DNA of 64,000 nucleotides from an uncultured Pelagibacteraceae bacterium (GTDB lineage: Bacteria > Pseudomonadota > Alphaproteobacteria > Pelagibacterales > AG-422-B15): positions 38,269 through 102,268 of the forward strand of contig CACMBZ010000003.1 in assembly GCA_902612095.1 (NCBI GenBank). The letters are read 5' to 3'. This document shows positions 27,988 to 38,599 of the stretch, in pieces. The translations under genes and the position numbers were made by a program. A model generated the notes under the pieces. It was not told the origin of the DNA, searched no databases, and worked only from the letters and a program-made list of their open reading frames with translations. Every line of letters begins with the position of its first letter. Position 1 is the first letter of the stretch.

Positions 27988-29913
27988 ATGGCAAAGGTAA
28001 TAGGAATAGATTTAGGGACTACAAATAGTTGTATCTCGATAATGGATGGGAAGGACCCTAAGGTTATTGAAAATGCTGAGGGATCTAGAACCACGCCTTC
28101 AATTATAAGTTTTGGAAGTGATGAAGAAAAGTTAGTTGGACAACCTGCAAAAAGGCAAGGTGTAACAAACCCTGAAAATACTTTTTTTGCGATCAAGAGA
28201 CTTATAGGTAGGTCTTTCGAAGACCCAATGGTCAAAAAAGATGCTGACATGGTGCCTTTTAAAATCATTAAATCTGAAAATGGTGATGCATGGGTAGAGT
28301 CGGGATCCGAAAAATATTCACCATCTCAAATTTCTGCTTTTGTACTTCAAAAATTAAAAGAAGATGCAGAGAGGTATTTAGGAGAAAAAGTTGAAAAAGC
28401 AGTCATCACTGTTCCTGCTTACTTTAATGATGCTCAAAGACAAGCTACTAAAGATGCTGGTAAAATAGCTGGACTTGAGGTTGAAAGAATAGTCAATGAG
28501 CCAACTGCTGCTGCACTAGCATATGGTTTAGATAAGAAGGATGGCAAAACTATTGCTGTATATGATTTAGGTGGTGGCACTTTTGATATTTCAATTTTAG
28601 AAATTGGTGATGGAGTTTTTGAAGTAAAGTCAACTAATGGTGATACATTTTTAGGTGGTGAGGACTTTGATACTCGTCTCTTAAATTATCTTGCTGAAGA
28701 ATTTAAGAAAGAAAATAATATTGACCTTACTAAGGATAAATTAGCGCTCCAAAGATTGAAAGAATCTGCTGAGAAGGCTAAGATCGAATTATCTTCAACA
28801 TCTCAAACAGAAATTAATTTACCATTCATTACAGCTGATCAGTCAGGCCCTAAGCATTTGAATATCAAGGTGACAAGAGCAAAGCTTGAAACACTTGTTG
28901 ACGATTTAATTGAAAAAACAATTAAACCATGTGATGCCGCTCTCAAGGATGCCGGTTTGAGTGCCGGTGAAATTGACGAGGTAGTCTTGGTTGGTGGAAT
29001 GACAAGAATGCCAAAAGTTATAGAAACTGTTAAAAACTTTTTTGGTAAAGAACCAAATAAAGGAGTGAACCCAGATGAAGTTGTTGCACAAGGTGCAGCT
29101 ATTCAGGCTGGTATTCTTCAAGGGGATGTTAAGGATGTATTGCTGCTTGATGTTACACCTCTATCCCTTGGTATTGAAACTCTTGGTGGCGTCTTTACAA
29201 AATTAATTGATAAAAATACAACAATTCCAACAAAAAAAAGTCAGGTATTTTCAACTGCTGATGACAATCAAACTGCTGTAACAATACGAGTATGTCAGGG
29301 TGAGAGAGAAATGGCTGCTGATAATAAATTACTTGGTAACTTTGACTTAGTAGGTATACCACCTGCGCCTAGGGGTGTTCCTCAAATTGAAGTAACATTT
29401 GATATTGACGCTAATGGAATCGTAAATGTGTCTGCAAAAGATAAAGGCACAGGAAAAGAACAACAAATTAAAATACAAGCATCGGGTGGTTTGAGTGAAG
29501 AAGAGATCGACAAAATGGTCAAGGAAGCTGAAGCCAACGCAGAAGCAGATAAGAAAAAAAGAGAAGGCGTTGATGTAAAAAACCAAGCAGACACAATGAT
29601 ACACTCTGCCGAGAAAAATCTAAAAGAATTTGGTGATAAGGTTTCTGAGCAAGAAAAGAATGCAATTGAAAACGATATTAAGGCTTTAAAAGAAGCTGTT
29701 GCTTCAGATGACACCGATAAGATTAAAAGTGGACTTGAAGCATTAACTCAATCGTCTATGAAATTAGGTGAAGCAATGTATAAGGCTCAACAACAAGATG
29801 CTCCTAATCCAAACGAGCCATCTGACAATACAACTGCTGGATCTGACCAGAATAATGAAAAAGTTGTTGATGCTGAATTCGAGGAAGTCAAAGAAGATAA
29901 TAAGCAATCGTAA
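27988..29913 (+). CDS. dnaK: Chaperone DnaK
   Basis: GIDLGTTNS and YDLGGGTFD motifs. True start MAKVIG is ATG 27988, not TTG 27931. Confidence 0.99.
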   Translation: MAKVIGIDLGTTNSCISIMDGKDPKVIENAEGSRTTPSIISFGSDEEKLVGQPAKRQGVTNPENTFFAIKRLIGRSFEDPMVKKDADMVPFKIIKSENGDAWVESGSEKYSPSQISAFVLQKLKEDAERYLGEKVEKAVITVPAYFNDAQRQATKDAGKIAGLEVERIVNEPTAAALAYGLDKKDGKTIAVYDLGGGTFDISILEIGDGVFEVKSTNGDTFLGGEDFDTRLLNYLAEEFKKENNIDLTKDKLALQRLKESAEKAKIELSSTSQTEINLPFITADQSGPKHLNIKVTRAKLETLVDDLIEKTIKPCDAALKDAGLSAGEIDEVVLVGGMTRMPKVIETVKNFFGKEPNKGVNPDEVVAQGAAIQAGILQGDVKDVLLLDVTPLSLGIETLGGVFTKLIDKNTTIPTKKSQVFSTADDNQTAVTIRVCQGEREMAADNKLLGNFDLVGIPPAPRGVPQIEVTFDIDANGIVNVSAKDKGTGKEQQIKIQASGGLSEEEIDKMVKEAEANAEADKKKREGVDVKNQADTMIHSAEKNLKEFGDKVSEQEKNAIENDIKALKEAVASDDTDKIKSGLEALTQSSMKLGEAMYKAQQQDAPNPNEPSDNTTAGSDQNNEKVVDAEFEEVKEDNKQS

Positions 29914-29925
29914 GCAGGTAAGCTT

Positions 29926-31062
29926 ATGTCAAAAAGAGACTATTATGAAGTTCTTGGCGTTTCCAAGTCAGCTGATGACTCTGAAATAAAAAAAGCTTAC
30001 AGAAAATTAGCAATGAAATATCATCCTGATCGTAATCAGGGTGATGCGGATGCGGAAGTTAAATTCAAAGAGGCGAGTGAGGCATACGCTATACTTCATG
30101 ATAAAGAAAAACGTTCAGCTTACGACCAGTTTGGTCATGCGGCAGTGGATGGTAATACAGGCCAGGGCGGTTTTGGTTTTGATTTTAATTCATCAGCTTT
30201 TCAAGATATTTTTGAAGACTTTTTTGGAGACTCATCCTTTTTTGGTGGTGGAGGAAATCGTAGAAGAAAAACAAATAATCGTGGCTCAGACTTAAGATAT
30301 GATATTACTGTTAGTCTTGAAGAAGCGTTTAATGGTAAAAAATTTAAAGTAAAAATTCCAACTCAAGTGCAATGTGGTTCTTGTTCAGGTTCTGGCGCAT
30401 CTCAAGGAAGTCAGCCAGTAACTTGTCAGTCATGTGGAGGAAGGGGACAGATTCGCTCGCAGCAGGGTTTTTTTTCAATTCAACAAACTTGTCCAACTTG
30501 TCAGGGAAGTGGTTCAACTATTTCAGATCCATGCAGACCATGCAGCGGAACTGGGAGAACGCAGAAAACAAAGAGTTTGATGGTGAAAATACCAAAGGGC
30601 GTTGATGACGGTTCTAGAATAAGACTATCCGGAGAAGGTGAAGCGGGTCTGAACGGCGGGCAGCAGGGGGACTTGTATATATTTGTAAATGTAAATGAGC
30701 ACGAAATATTTGCTCGTGAGAATGAAAATTTATTTGCTGAGGTCCCAATATCTATGGTCGATGCTGCTGTTGGCGGCGCTATTGAAATACCGACAATAGA
30801 TGGCGGTAAAGCTAGGCTAAAAATACCTCAAGGTACTCAATCTGGTGACCAATTCAGATTAAAATCAAAAGGAATGCCTAATGTTCGCAACGGTTATTTA
30901 GGTGATTTGTATATTCAGGCAAAAGTTGAAACACCAGTAAATTTAAATAAGAAGCAAATTGAAATATTGAAATCCTTTCAAGAAACCAGTGATCAAAATG
31001 AGAGTCCTTTAGCATCGGCATTTTTTAAAAAAGCTAAGGATTTTTGGAAAACAAAAGCTTAA
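29926..31062 (+). CDS. dnaJ: Chaperone DnaJ
   Basis: J domain with HPD, G/F-rich region and four CxxCxGxG repeats. Confidence 0.99.
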   Translation: MSKRDYYEVLGVSKSADDSEIKKAYRKLAMKYHPDRNQGDADAEVKFKEASEAYAILHDKEKRSAYDQFGHAAVDGNTGQGGFGFDFNSSAFQDIFEDFFGDSSFFGGGGNRRRKTNNRGSDLRYDITVSLEEAFNGKKFKVKIPTQVQCGSCSGSGASQGSQPVTCQSCGGRGQIRSQQGFFSIQQTCPTCQGSGSTISDPCRPCSGTGRTQKTKSLMVKIPKGVDDGSRIRLSGEGEAGLNGGQQGDLYIFVNVNEHEIFARENENLFAEVPISMVDAAVGGAIEIPTIDGGKARLKIPQGTQSGDQFRLKSKGMPNVRNGYLGDLYIQAKVETPVNLNKKQIEILKSFQETSDQNESPLASAFFKKAKDFWKTKA

Positions 31063-31101
31063 AAAACTTACTTTTTCAATTATTTCGATTATCCTAAATT
31101 A

Positions 31102-31911
31102 ATGAAAAAAATAAAAATTGTCATAACTGGCGTAACCGGACGCATGGGAATGCAAATCGCTAAAAGAGTTTTGAAAGATAAATCACTTGTTTTGTATGGT
31201 GCAACCGAGAGAAGCGGGCATAAAGATATTGGCAAAGATTTGGGTCAGTTACTCAAAACAAAAAAATTAAAAATTAATGTCACCGATAATATAATTCCAT
31301 TATTTGCTAAAACTGACGCTGTTATTGACTTCACAACTCCTGAAGCAACTATGATACATACAAAATATGCAGCTCAAGCAAGAATAGTACATATAATTGG
31401 AACTACAGGTTTTAATAGCTCTCAATTAAAAAAAATTAAACTCGCTGCGCAACATGCAACAATCATAAAATCAGGTAATATGAGTTTAGGTATAAACCTA
31501 ATAAATAAATTAATTAAAATAAGTTCCTCAAGTTTAAAAAATGATTTTGACACAATAATAAACGAAACGCATCATCGACATAAAATTGATGCACCTTCAG
31601 GCACTGCGGTAATGATGGGGCAAGCTGCAGCAGAAGGTAAAAATAAAAAATTTGAAAATATTAAAAAAATCTCTCGTCTCAACATAAAGGCTAAAAGTAC
31701 TAAAGATAAAATTGTAGTCTCATCCTTCCGCAAAGGTGAAGTTATTGGTGATCACGAAATTATTTTTTCAAGCAGGGATGAGGATATTACTATCAAGCAT
31801 ACAGCGAAAGATAGGGGTATTTTTGCTAACGGAGCAATACAAGCTGTGAAATGGGGCATGAACAAAAAACCTGGCCTATTTGACATGTCGGATGTACTAA
31901 ATATAAATTAG
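31102..31911 (+). CDS. dapB: 4-hydroxy-tetrahydrodipicolinate reductase
   Basis: GVTGRMG, IDFT, IGTTG and ETHHRHKIDAPSGTA motifs. Confidence 0.97.
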   Translation: MKKIKIVITGVTGRMGMQIAKRVLKDKSLVLYGATERSGHKDIGKDLGQLLKTKKLKINVTDNIIPLFAKTDAVIDFTTPEATMIHTKYAAQARIVHIIGTTGFNSSQLKKIKLAAQHATIIKSGNMSLGINLINKLIKISSSSLKNDFDTIINETHHRHKIDAPSGTAVMMGQAAAEGKNKKFENIKKISRLNIKAKSTKDKIVVSSFRKGEVIGDHEIIFSSRDEDITIKHTAKDRGIFANGAIQAVKWGMNKKPGLFDMSDVLNIN

Positions 31912-31928
31912 GTTGAAAAAGAACCATA

Positions 31929-32582
31929 ATGTTAAAGGCTGATAAGGCAAAAAAAATTATTAGTATTTTAAATAAAATTTATCCCGAAACCCCAATTCCA
32001 CTAAATCATAAAAATAATTTTGAATTATTAATTTCTGTTCTTCTAAGTGCGCAGTGTACAGATAAAAGGGTCAATGAAGTCACTCCTTTTCTTTTTAAGA
32101 AAGCAAATAATCCTGCGAAAATGGAGAAGCTGCCAGTCAAAACCATTTATAATATTGTTAGACCCTGTGGTCTTGCTCCACAAAAATCCAAAGCTATCTC
32201 AAAGCTATCAAAAATATTAATGAAAAATTATAGTGGTGAGGTTCCAGAAACCTTTGAAGATCTAGAGGCGCTTCCTGGAGTAGGTCATAAAACAGCTAGT
32301 GTTGTAATGTCACAAGGTTTTGGTCACCCAGCATTTCCTGTTGATACTCATATTCATCGACTTGCCCAAAGATGGGGGTTAACAAATGGTAAGAGTGTAA
32401 AGCAAACTGAACATGATTTAAAAAAAATATTTCCTGAAAAACTATGGAACAAGTTACATTTACAAATAATATTTTATGGAAGGGAATATTGTGAAGCTCG
32501 AAGTTGTTTTGGAATAGAGTGTAAAATATGTAAAACTTGTTATCCAACTAGAAAAAAGCCAATTAAAACAAAAAAAGCATAA
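31929..32582 (+). CDS. nth: Endonuclease III
   Basis: LLSAQCTD, HhH LPGVGHKTA and VDTH motifs; C-terminal Cys cluster with atypical spacing. Confidence 0.95.
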   Translation: MLKADKAKKIISILNKIYPETPIPLNHKNNFELLISVLLSAQCTDKRVNEVTPFLFKKANNPAKMEKLPVKTIYNIVRPCGLAPQKSKAISKLSKILMKNYSGEVPETFEDLEALPGVGHKTASVVMSQGFGHPAFPVDTHIHRLAQRWGLTNGKSVKQTEHDLKKIFPEKLWNKLHLQIIFYGREYCEARSCFGIECKICKTCYPTRKKPIKTKKA

Positions 32583-32641
32583 ATAGTTATAAAAATAAAA
32601 CACCTTTAACTGTCTATTGTTTGCTGATAACTTTATTCATT

Positions 32642-33373
32642 ATGATTAATAAAGAAGTAGCACTCATTATCGGCGCGGGTGACAGCCTTGGTTCTGCGGT
32701 GGCGAGAGTATTTGCACAAAATAACTTCATTACTGTAGTTGCTAGAAGGAACGGGGATCAATTATCGCCACTTAAAGAAGAAATAGAAAAAAATGGCGGA
32801 AAGTGTTTCGCATATAGTTTAGACGCAAGAAAAGAAGAAGATGTAATTAACTTTATTAATAAGATTGAAACAGAAATTGGTGAAATTAATGTGGCCGTAT
32901 ACAACATTGGAGCCAACATTCGTTTCAACATTTTAGAAACAACCTCAAAAAAATATTATAAAGTATGGGAAATGGCGACTTTTGGAGCTTTCCTAATGGG
33001 AAGAGAAGTAACAAGAAAAATGATACCAAGAAAAAAAGGGACAATCATATTTACCGGTGCGACAGCAAGTATAAGAGGTAAAGAGGGATTTGCTGCATTC
33101 TCCGGTGCTAAACAAGCGAAAAGAGCTTTGGCGCAAAGTATGGCAAAAGAATTAGCGCCAAAAGGTATTCATGTCGCTCATGTTATTGTAGATGGAGCAA
33201 TTGATACGCCGTGGGTGAGTAAGCTTTTTCCTGAGTACGTCAAAGAAAAGAAAAAAATTGATGGTTTGATGAAACCAGATGATATTGCGCAAAACTACTT
33301 GATGATACATAATCAACCAAAAAATGCGTGGACGTTTGAGTTAGATTTACGTCCTTGGGTGGAGACATGGTGA
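32642..33373 (+). CDS. Atypical SDR-family oxidoreductase
   Basis: IGAGDSLG, YNIG and TGATAS motifs; FSGAK where YxxxK is expected. Start moved to ATG 32642. Confidence 0.85.
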   Translation: MINKEVALIIGAGDSLGSAVARVFAQNNFITVVARRNGDQLSPLKEEIEKNGGKCFAYSLDARKEEDVINFINKIETEIGEINVAVYNIGANIRFNILETTSKKYYKVWEMATFGAFLMGREVTRKMIPRKKGTIIFTGATASIRGKEGFAAFSGAKQAKRALAQSMAKELAPKGIHVAHVIVDGAIDTPWVSKLFPEYVKEKKKIDGLMKPDDIAQNYLMIHNQPKNAWTFELDLRPWVETW

Positions 33374-34320
33374 ATCAAGAATTTGACATTGTTGGTATAG
33401 GAAATGCAATTGTAGATGTAATCACCGATGTCAATGATGAATTTATAAATCAACAAGAGCTAAGAAAAGGGCTTATGTCACTTGTAGATTTAGATACTAT
33501 CAAATCCCTATCAAACAAAATTGAGATAAAAGCTAATGTCTCTGGAGGATCAGTCGCAAACTCTATCGTTGCATTAGCTCAAAATAATATCAAATCCGCT
33601 TTCATCGGCAAAGTAGGTAAAGACGAAGTTGGAAATTCGTTCATTAGAGGTCTTGAAAAAGAAAAAGTTGTTTTTGCAAATAAGGCCCAATCAGACGAAA
33701 GTGAAACTGGAAGATGTTTAGTAATGGTAACGCCAGATGCGCAACGAACAATGAGTACATATTTAGGAATTTCTCAAAAACTAAAATTAAATGATATCAA
33801 TGAAGATGTTATAGCACAGTCAAAAATTACTTATCTTGAGGGATACCTTTGGGATCTTGATGACGCGCAAGAAGCAATTAAAAAAGCAATAAAAATTTCT
33901 AAAGAGGCAAACAGGTTAGTTGCATTTAGTGTATCCGATGTTTTTTGCATTGAACGATTTAGAGAAAGTTTTTTAAATCTAGTTAATAATGAAGCTGATA
34001 TAATTTTTGCAAATGAAGAGGAAATTAAATCGCTTTATCAAAAGGATAGTCTCGTTGATTGTCTCGAAATTATAAGTCAGCATGATAAAATATTTGCTAT
34101 CACACTTGGTGAAAAAGGTGCGATGATTGTTAATAAAGATCAACTTATACAAATAAAAGCTCAGGAAATTGAAAATTTAGTCGATACTACTGGAGCAGGA
34201 GATTTATTTGCTGCAGGCTTCTTACTTGGATACATTAATGGTAAAAATTTAGAGCAATGTGGGAATGAGGGTGTAATATTCGCCTCGAAAATAATTCAAA
34301 TTTATGGAGCAAGACTATGA
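33367..34320 (+). CDS. PfkB-family kinase (adenosine kinase-like)
   Basis: GIGNAIVD, GGSVAN and DTTGAGDLFAAG motifs; GGAG lies just before ATG 33367. Confidence 0.9.
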   Translation: MVNQEFDIVGIGNAIVDVITDVNDEFINQQELRKGLMSLVDLDTIKSLSNKIEIKANVSGGSVANSIVALAQNNIKSAFIGKVGKDEVGNSFIRGLEKEKVVFANKAQSDESETGRCLVMVTPDAQRTMSTYLGISQKLKLNDINEDVIAQSKITYLEGYLWDLDDAQEAIKKAIKISKEANRLVAFSVSDVFCIERFRESFLNLVNNEADIIFANEEEIKSLYQKDSLVDCLEIISQHDKIFAITLGEKGAMIVNKDQLIQIKAQEIENLVDTTGAGDLFAAGFLLGYINGKNLEQCGNEGVIFASKIIQIYGARL

Positions 34321-35168
34321 GTAAAAAATCTATTATGATCACAGGTGTCTCTACTGGTATAGGACAAGGAACACTTAGTTATTTTGTGAAAAACGGTTTC
34401 CACGTTTATGGAAGTATTCGTAATTCAAAAGATGCAAGCAGATTAAAAAAACTTTATAAAGATAATTTTACACCTCTAATCTTTGATGTAACAAAAGAAG
34501 CTCAGCTAAAAAAGGCTGTCACATTTTTGAAAAAAGATCTTAAGAGTTCGAATCTTCTTGCTTTAGTTAATAACGCAGGTGTAGCAATATCTGGTCCCTT
34601 ATTGCATCAAAGAGTGAAAGATTTTGAAAAACAAATTGATATTAATTTAAATGGTGCGTTTAGAGTAATAAAATATTTTGCTCCATTGTGTGGAGCAGAA
34701 AAAAATAATAATTCGAAAAAGGGTGTAATTTTTAATATAAGTTCAATTTCTGGAAAAATTGGAATGCCTGGCGTTGGAGCCTACACTGCATCTAAATTTG
34801 GATTAGAAGGCTTAAGTCATAGTTTAAGAAGAGAATTGATGAGATATGGAGTTGATGTTGTAGTTATTGGACCAGGTCCAATAAAAACTGAAATTTTTGA
34901 CAAAATTGATAAAAAATTTTTAGAAAGCCTCAAAAAAACTGATTATGCAAAGGCAGCCAAAGGAATACCTAAAAGAATGAAAAATGCTAAAAAGATAGCA
35001 TTTCCAGCTGAGGAAGTTGGAAAATTAATATTTAATGCACTACACAATCCGAACAGGAAAACACGGTATGCCATCACGCCAAGTAGAATGATGTATTGGA
35101 CACTTCCAATGTTATTGCCCGACAGAGTCTTGGATCAATTAATCAAAAGACGATCGGGAGGATTGTAA
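34317..35168 (+). CDS. Classical SDR-family oxidoreductase
   Basis: TGVSTGIG, NNAG and YTASK motifs. Confidence 0.9.
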   Translation: MSKKSIMITGVSTGIGQGTLSYFVKNGFHVYGSIRNSKDASRLKKLYKDNFTPLIFDVTKEAQLKKAVTFLKKDLKSSNLLALVNNAGVAISGPLLHQRVKDFEKQIDINLNGAFRVIKYFAPLCGAEKNNNSKKGVIFNISSISGKIGMPGVGAYTASKFGLEGLSHSLRRELMRYGVDVVVIGPGPIKTEIFDKIDKKFLESLKKTDYAKAAKGIPKRMKNAKKIAFPAEEVGKLIFNALHNPNRKTRYAITPSRMMYWTLPMLLPDRVLDQLIKRRSGGL

Positions 35169-36137
35169 AATTTTATTTGATTCCTCTATAACATCATCCG
35201 CTGAAATTAAATTAATATTACTACCCCCAAATTCGACCGATGAAATAAAATGAATGTTTTCAAATTGATCGTTTAGAAACTTAACAGCGCTTGTTGGACC
35301 ACATATTTTCAGCAATGGACATAGATTTGTTGATAGCATTTGCCCAGTGCCACTATCATTAGTAATTGCCATGCTTAAATATTTTGTAGCACCCATTACT
35401 ACCTCAAGTCCTGGAAAATTAGACAATTCCTCCTCAGGAAACTTTGGTTTTTTAATTTGATTAATTATATCTTCCTTTAAATGTATTTCTTGTGGGCCAA
35501 GAAAAAAAACTATCTCAAACCCTTTTGCTTCAAAATATTTAGCCACATCTATGAATTTTTTGTAGTCCCATATTCTCTTTGGCGTATTAGAGCCAAGTGA
35601 AATGCCAAAATACTTTTTATCAGCTTGAAAAACTTCTTGTAATTCTTTTAGTATTTCTTTTGGAATTGTTATAGATGATGCTTGTTGTTTTTTATAACTT
35701 GATACTAAATCAAGCATCTCAATAATATTATTTACATAAAATTGTCTTTTTGATTTTTTATCCTTGGGTTTATAGTTTGAAAACATCCAATTGGCAGAGG
35801 CGGAGATGAATTTTAAACATTTAATTCTTCGCAACGCAATGGTACGTAAAACTGCTTTTTGTGTATCAATTATTATATCAAAATTTATATTTTTAAGATC
35901 ATATTTTGAAGATATTCTTTTCCAGAAAAAAGGGCTTAAGTTTACTTGCTCCCAAATTTTATCAATGTATGGCTCAGTGAATTTTTTTAAACGGGAATTA
36001 TACTCAGTATAAATAGTATCAGTCATCCAATGGATTTCTGCTGTTGGGAATCTTTCCCTTAACTGGTGGACAATTTGAAGTTTTAAAATTCCATCCCCAA
36101 TTTGTTCACCATTACTGAAGATAAGAATCTTTTTCAT
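35139..36137 (-). CDS. Glycosyltransferase family 9 (heptosyltransferase-like)
   Basis: IGDG near the N-terminus, KRIW, TNDSG and GPT motifs of the GT9 fold. Confidence 0.8.
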   Translation of the reverse strand: MKKILIFSNGEQIGDGILKLQIVHQLRERFPTAEIHWMTDTIYTEYNSRLKKFTEPYIDKIWEQVNLSPFFWKRISSKYDLKNINFDIIIDTQKAVLRTIALRRIKCLKFISASANWMFSNYKPKDKKSKRQFYVNNIIEMLDLVSSYKKQQASSITIPKEILKELQEVFQADKKYFGISLGSNTPKRIWDYKKFIDVAKYFEAKGFEIVFFLGPQEIHLKEDIINQIKKPKFPEEELSNFPGLEVVMGATKYLSMAITNDSGTGQMLSTNLCPLLKICGPTSAVKFLNDQFENIHFISSVEFGGSNINLISADDVIEESNKILQSSRSSFD

Positions 36138-36148
36138 GAAATTATGTG

Positions 36149-37156
36149 TTAGCTTTCTTCAGATACTTTTATAATCAATTTTCCTTCGTTTTCGCCAGAA
36201 AATAACTTTTTGATTGCGGTGCCCGCATTCTCAATCCCTGGAATAATATGATTTTTATATTTAATTTTATCTTCTTTTAACCATTGTGTAATATCTTGGT
36301 AGGCTTCCATGTATCTTTTGAAGTAATCAAAAACAATAAAGCCTTTAAGCTTAATTCTCTTTATCAGTAAATTTCCCCAAGCAGGCCCCGGAACAATTGA
36401 CTCAGCATTATACCCTGAAATCAAACCACAAAGACTTATTCTTCCATTGATATTCATGCGAGTTAATACTGCTTCAGTAATGCTACCACCTACATTTTCA
36501 AAATATATGTCAATTCCATCAGGACAAGTCTCTTTTAATTTTTGTCTAAGATTTTCAGACTTATAATTGATAGCAGAGTCAACACCTAGTTCATCAACAA
36601 GCCATTTACATTTTGCGTCTGAACCTGCAATCCCTATTACTCTGCAACCTTTAATTTTTCCTATTTGACACACAATTGATCCAACAGCACCGGCTGCTGC
36701 AGAAACAACTAAAGTTTCGCCAGGTTGTGGATCAGTTATATCAAGCAAACCAAAGTAAGCTGTGAGGCCAGTCATTCCTAAAATACTCATATAACAATCA
36801 ATAGGAAAACCTGTTCCTTGAGGAATTTGCCTTACTCCTTTCCCATCACTTACACAGTATTGCTGCCATCCACCCATACAGTTCACAATTTCACCTTTTT
36901 TAAATTTTTCATTTTTACTCTCTTCGATTATGCCTATTGTACCACCTCTCATGGTTTCTCCAGTTTGCATCGCATCAACATAAGATTTTTGTCCACTCAT
37001 CCACCCGCGATTTGCAGGATCCAAAGAGAGATATATGTTTCTTATTAATATTTGACTATCTGAAAGACTGGGAACTTCATTTTCCTCCAAAACTAAGTCC
37101 CCTTCACTAATTTCACCAACTGGAAATTTTTTTAAAATCCATTGTTTATTTTTCAT
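36149..37156 (-). CDS. NADP-dependent enone/alkenal reductase (CurA/PTGR-like MDR)
   Basis: YLSLDP, LGMTGLTAYFGL, VSAAAGAVGS and YFENVGG motifs; GGAG lies before ATG 37156. Confidence 0.92.
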   Translation of the reverse strand: MKNKQWILKKFPVGEISEGDLVLEENEVPSLSDSQILIRNIYLSLDPANRGWMSGQKSYVDAMQTGETMRGGTIGIIEESKNEKFKKGEIVNCMGGWQQYCVSDGKGVRQIPQGTGFPIDCYMSILGMTGLTAYFGLLDITDPQPGETLVVSAAAGAVGSIVCQIGKIKGCRVIGIAGSDAKCKWLVDELGVDSAINYKSENLRQKLKETCPDGIDIYFENVGGSITEAVLTRMNINGRISLCGLISGYNAESIVPGPAWGNLLIKRIKLKGFIVFDYFKRYMEAYQDITQWLKEDKIKYKNHIIPGIENAGTAIKKLFSGENEGKLIIKVSEES

Positions 37157-37607
37157 TATTATCTCCAATCATTTTTTTAAAATTCACCTGAGGCATATCA
37201 ACACTTACACAAGTTGATGTTGAGGTAACAACAGTCCTATTGTTTTGCTCCAATCTACCCTCCAAGAATACAATATTTTTTCCAGATTTCACCACTCGCC
37301 CATATCCAATAACTTTTCCCGGTTTAGTTGGATACAAAAAATTTGTTTTCAGTTCTATTGTTGGCGGTCTTTTTTTGAAATGATTTTGAAATATAAACGC
37401 TAATGCAGATGCATCATCTACCATTCCACTAACAATACCTCCTTGGACGTCACCTGCAGGATTGCAGTATTTTTTATCAATATCAAACTCAACTTTGATA
37501 TTGCCATCTGTAGTATCAACTTCTAGAACAGTCATATTAAAGAGGTCGAATAATTTATTCTTATTAAACAGCTTGATGAGTTCAGCGTCTGAGATTTTTT
37601 CACTCAT
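37146..37607 (-). CDS. PaaI-family thioesterase
   Basis: NPAGDVQGG...D hot-dog motif. Confidence 0.88.
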   Translation of the reverse strand: MSEKISDAELIKLFNKNKLFDLFNMTVLEVDTTDGNIKVEFDIDKKYCNPAGDVQGGIVSGMVDDASALAFIFQNHFKKRPPTIELKTNFLYPTKPGKVIGYGRVVKSGKNIVFLEGRLEQNNRTVVTSTSTCVSVDMPQVNFKKMIGDNNEK

Positions 37608-37612
37608 ATTGA

Positions 37613-38002
37613 TTATTTGTATTCAGGTTTTTCAGGAAATACCATTGGTCCCAATGGTCTTCCCGCGAGTAAATGAAAGTGTAAGTGAGGTACTTCTTGA
37701 TGCGCATCCTTACCAGCATTTGCAATGAGCCTATATCCCCCTCCTCCAGATTTTTCACTTATACCCAACATATCTGCCACGTTTGAAATAGCCCGGGTGA
37801 AACCAACTATTTCTTCGTCCGAAGCATTCGCACTAAAATCATTTATGTCTACGTATTCTCCTTTGGGAATTACTAAGGCATGTGAAGGTGCTTGCGGACG
37901 AATATCTCTAAATGATAGGACATATTCGTCCTCATAAATTTTATCACATGGGATTTCACCTCTTAAAATCTTAGCAAAAATATTTTCCTTATCATATGAC
38001 AT
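37613..38002 (-). CDS. hinT: HIT-family nucleotide hydrolase
   Basis: NIFAKILRGEIP and HLHFH histidine triad. Confidence 0.92.
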   Translation of the reverse strand: MSYDKENIFAKILRGEIPCDKIYEDEYVLSFRDIRPQAPSHALVIPKGEYVDINDFSANASDEEIVGFTRAISNVADMLGISEKSGGGGYRLIANAGKDAHQEVPHLHFHLLAGRPLGPMVFPEKPEYK

Positions 38003-38313
38003 TAATCTCTAAGCCCTGTTTTACCCTCTCTTTTTTCTAACTGTTCATAGACTTGATCAGGAGTAATATCAAATTTTTTCAACATAACTAACAAATGATA
38101 GATAAGATCTGCCGATTCATAAATTATCTGTTCAATATTATCTTCTTCAGCAGCCTGCACAGTTTCAAGTGATTCCTCTTTTAACTTTTCTATACATTTA
38201 CTTTTACCTTCTGATATAAGTTTTGCGGTATAAGATTTTGAAGGGTCTTCATTCGCATGTGAAATAATTGTATCAAAGAGCCGAACTAATACATCAACTT
38301 TTTTACTGCTCAT
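38002..38313 (-). CDS. hisE: Phosphoribosyl-ATP pyrophosphatase
   Basis: SYTAKL, KLKEESLE and ESADLIYHLLV motifs. Confidence 0.95.
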   Translation of the reverse strand: MSSKKVDVLVRLFDTIISHANEDPSKSYTAKLISEGKSKCIEKLKEESLETVQAAEEDNIEQIIYESADLIYHLLVMLKKFDITPDQVYEQLEKREGKTGLRD

Positions 38314-38597
38314 TCCACTCCCTCAACAATTGCAAAAATTCTATCCTTTTCATCTTCCAAGATTTTTTTTGCATTTTGATATTCTTCTGAGTTATAAGCC
38401 TGTTTAGCTATTTCAATTGACTCATACTCGACTATGACGTTTCTTTTAAACTCTTTACCTTCCATAGTTGTTTGTTCGCCACCCCGTACTAAAAATTTGC
38501 CATTATATTTTTTGACCGCCTCAGTTGCATACTCTGCATACAATTTTTGCTTGTCCGGATGTAACACATTTACTTTTACAACCCAATAACCTTTCAT
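38310..38597 (-). CDS. DUF1330-family protein
   Basis: MKGYW, GKFLVRGG and YNSEEYQ pattern. Confidence 0.85.
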   Translation of the reverse strand: MKGYWVVKVNVLHPDKQKLYAEYATEAVKKYNGKFLVRGGEQTTMEGKEFKRNVIVEYESIEIAKQAYNSEEYQNAKKILEDEKDRIFAIVEGVE

Positions 38598-38599
38598 AA

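Noticed and set aside
27975-29714. Antisense ORFs within dnaK
   Set aside because: Antisense frames of hsp70 genes are a known artefact; these are fragmented and lack motifs.
36726-36734. Caulobacter-type G-box TGTGGATCA inside the CurA-like gene
   Set aside because: Isolated 9-mer far from the origin; likely chance.
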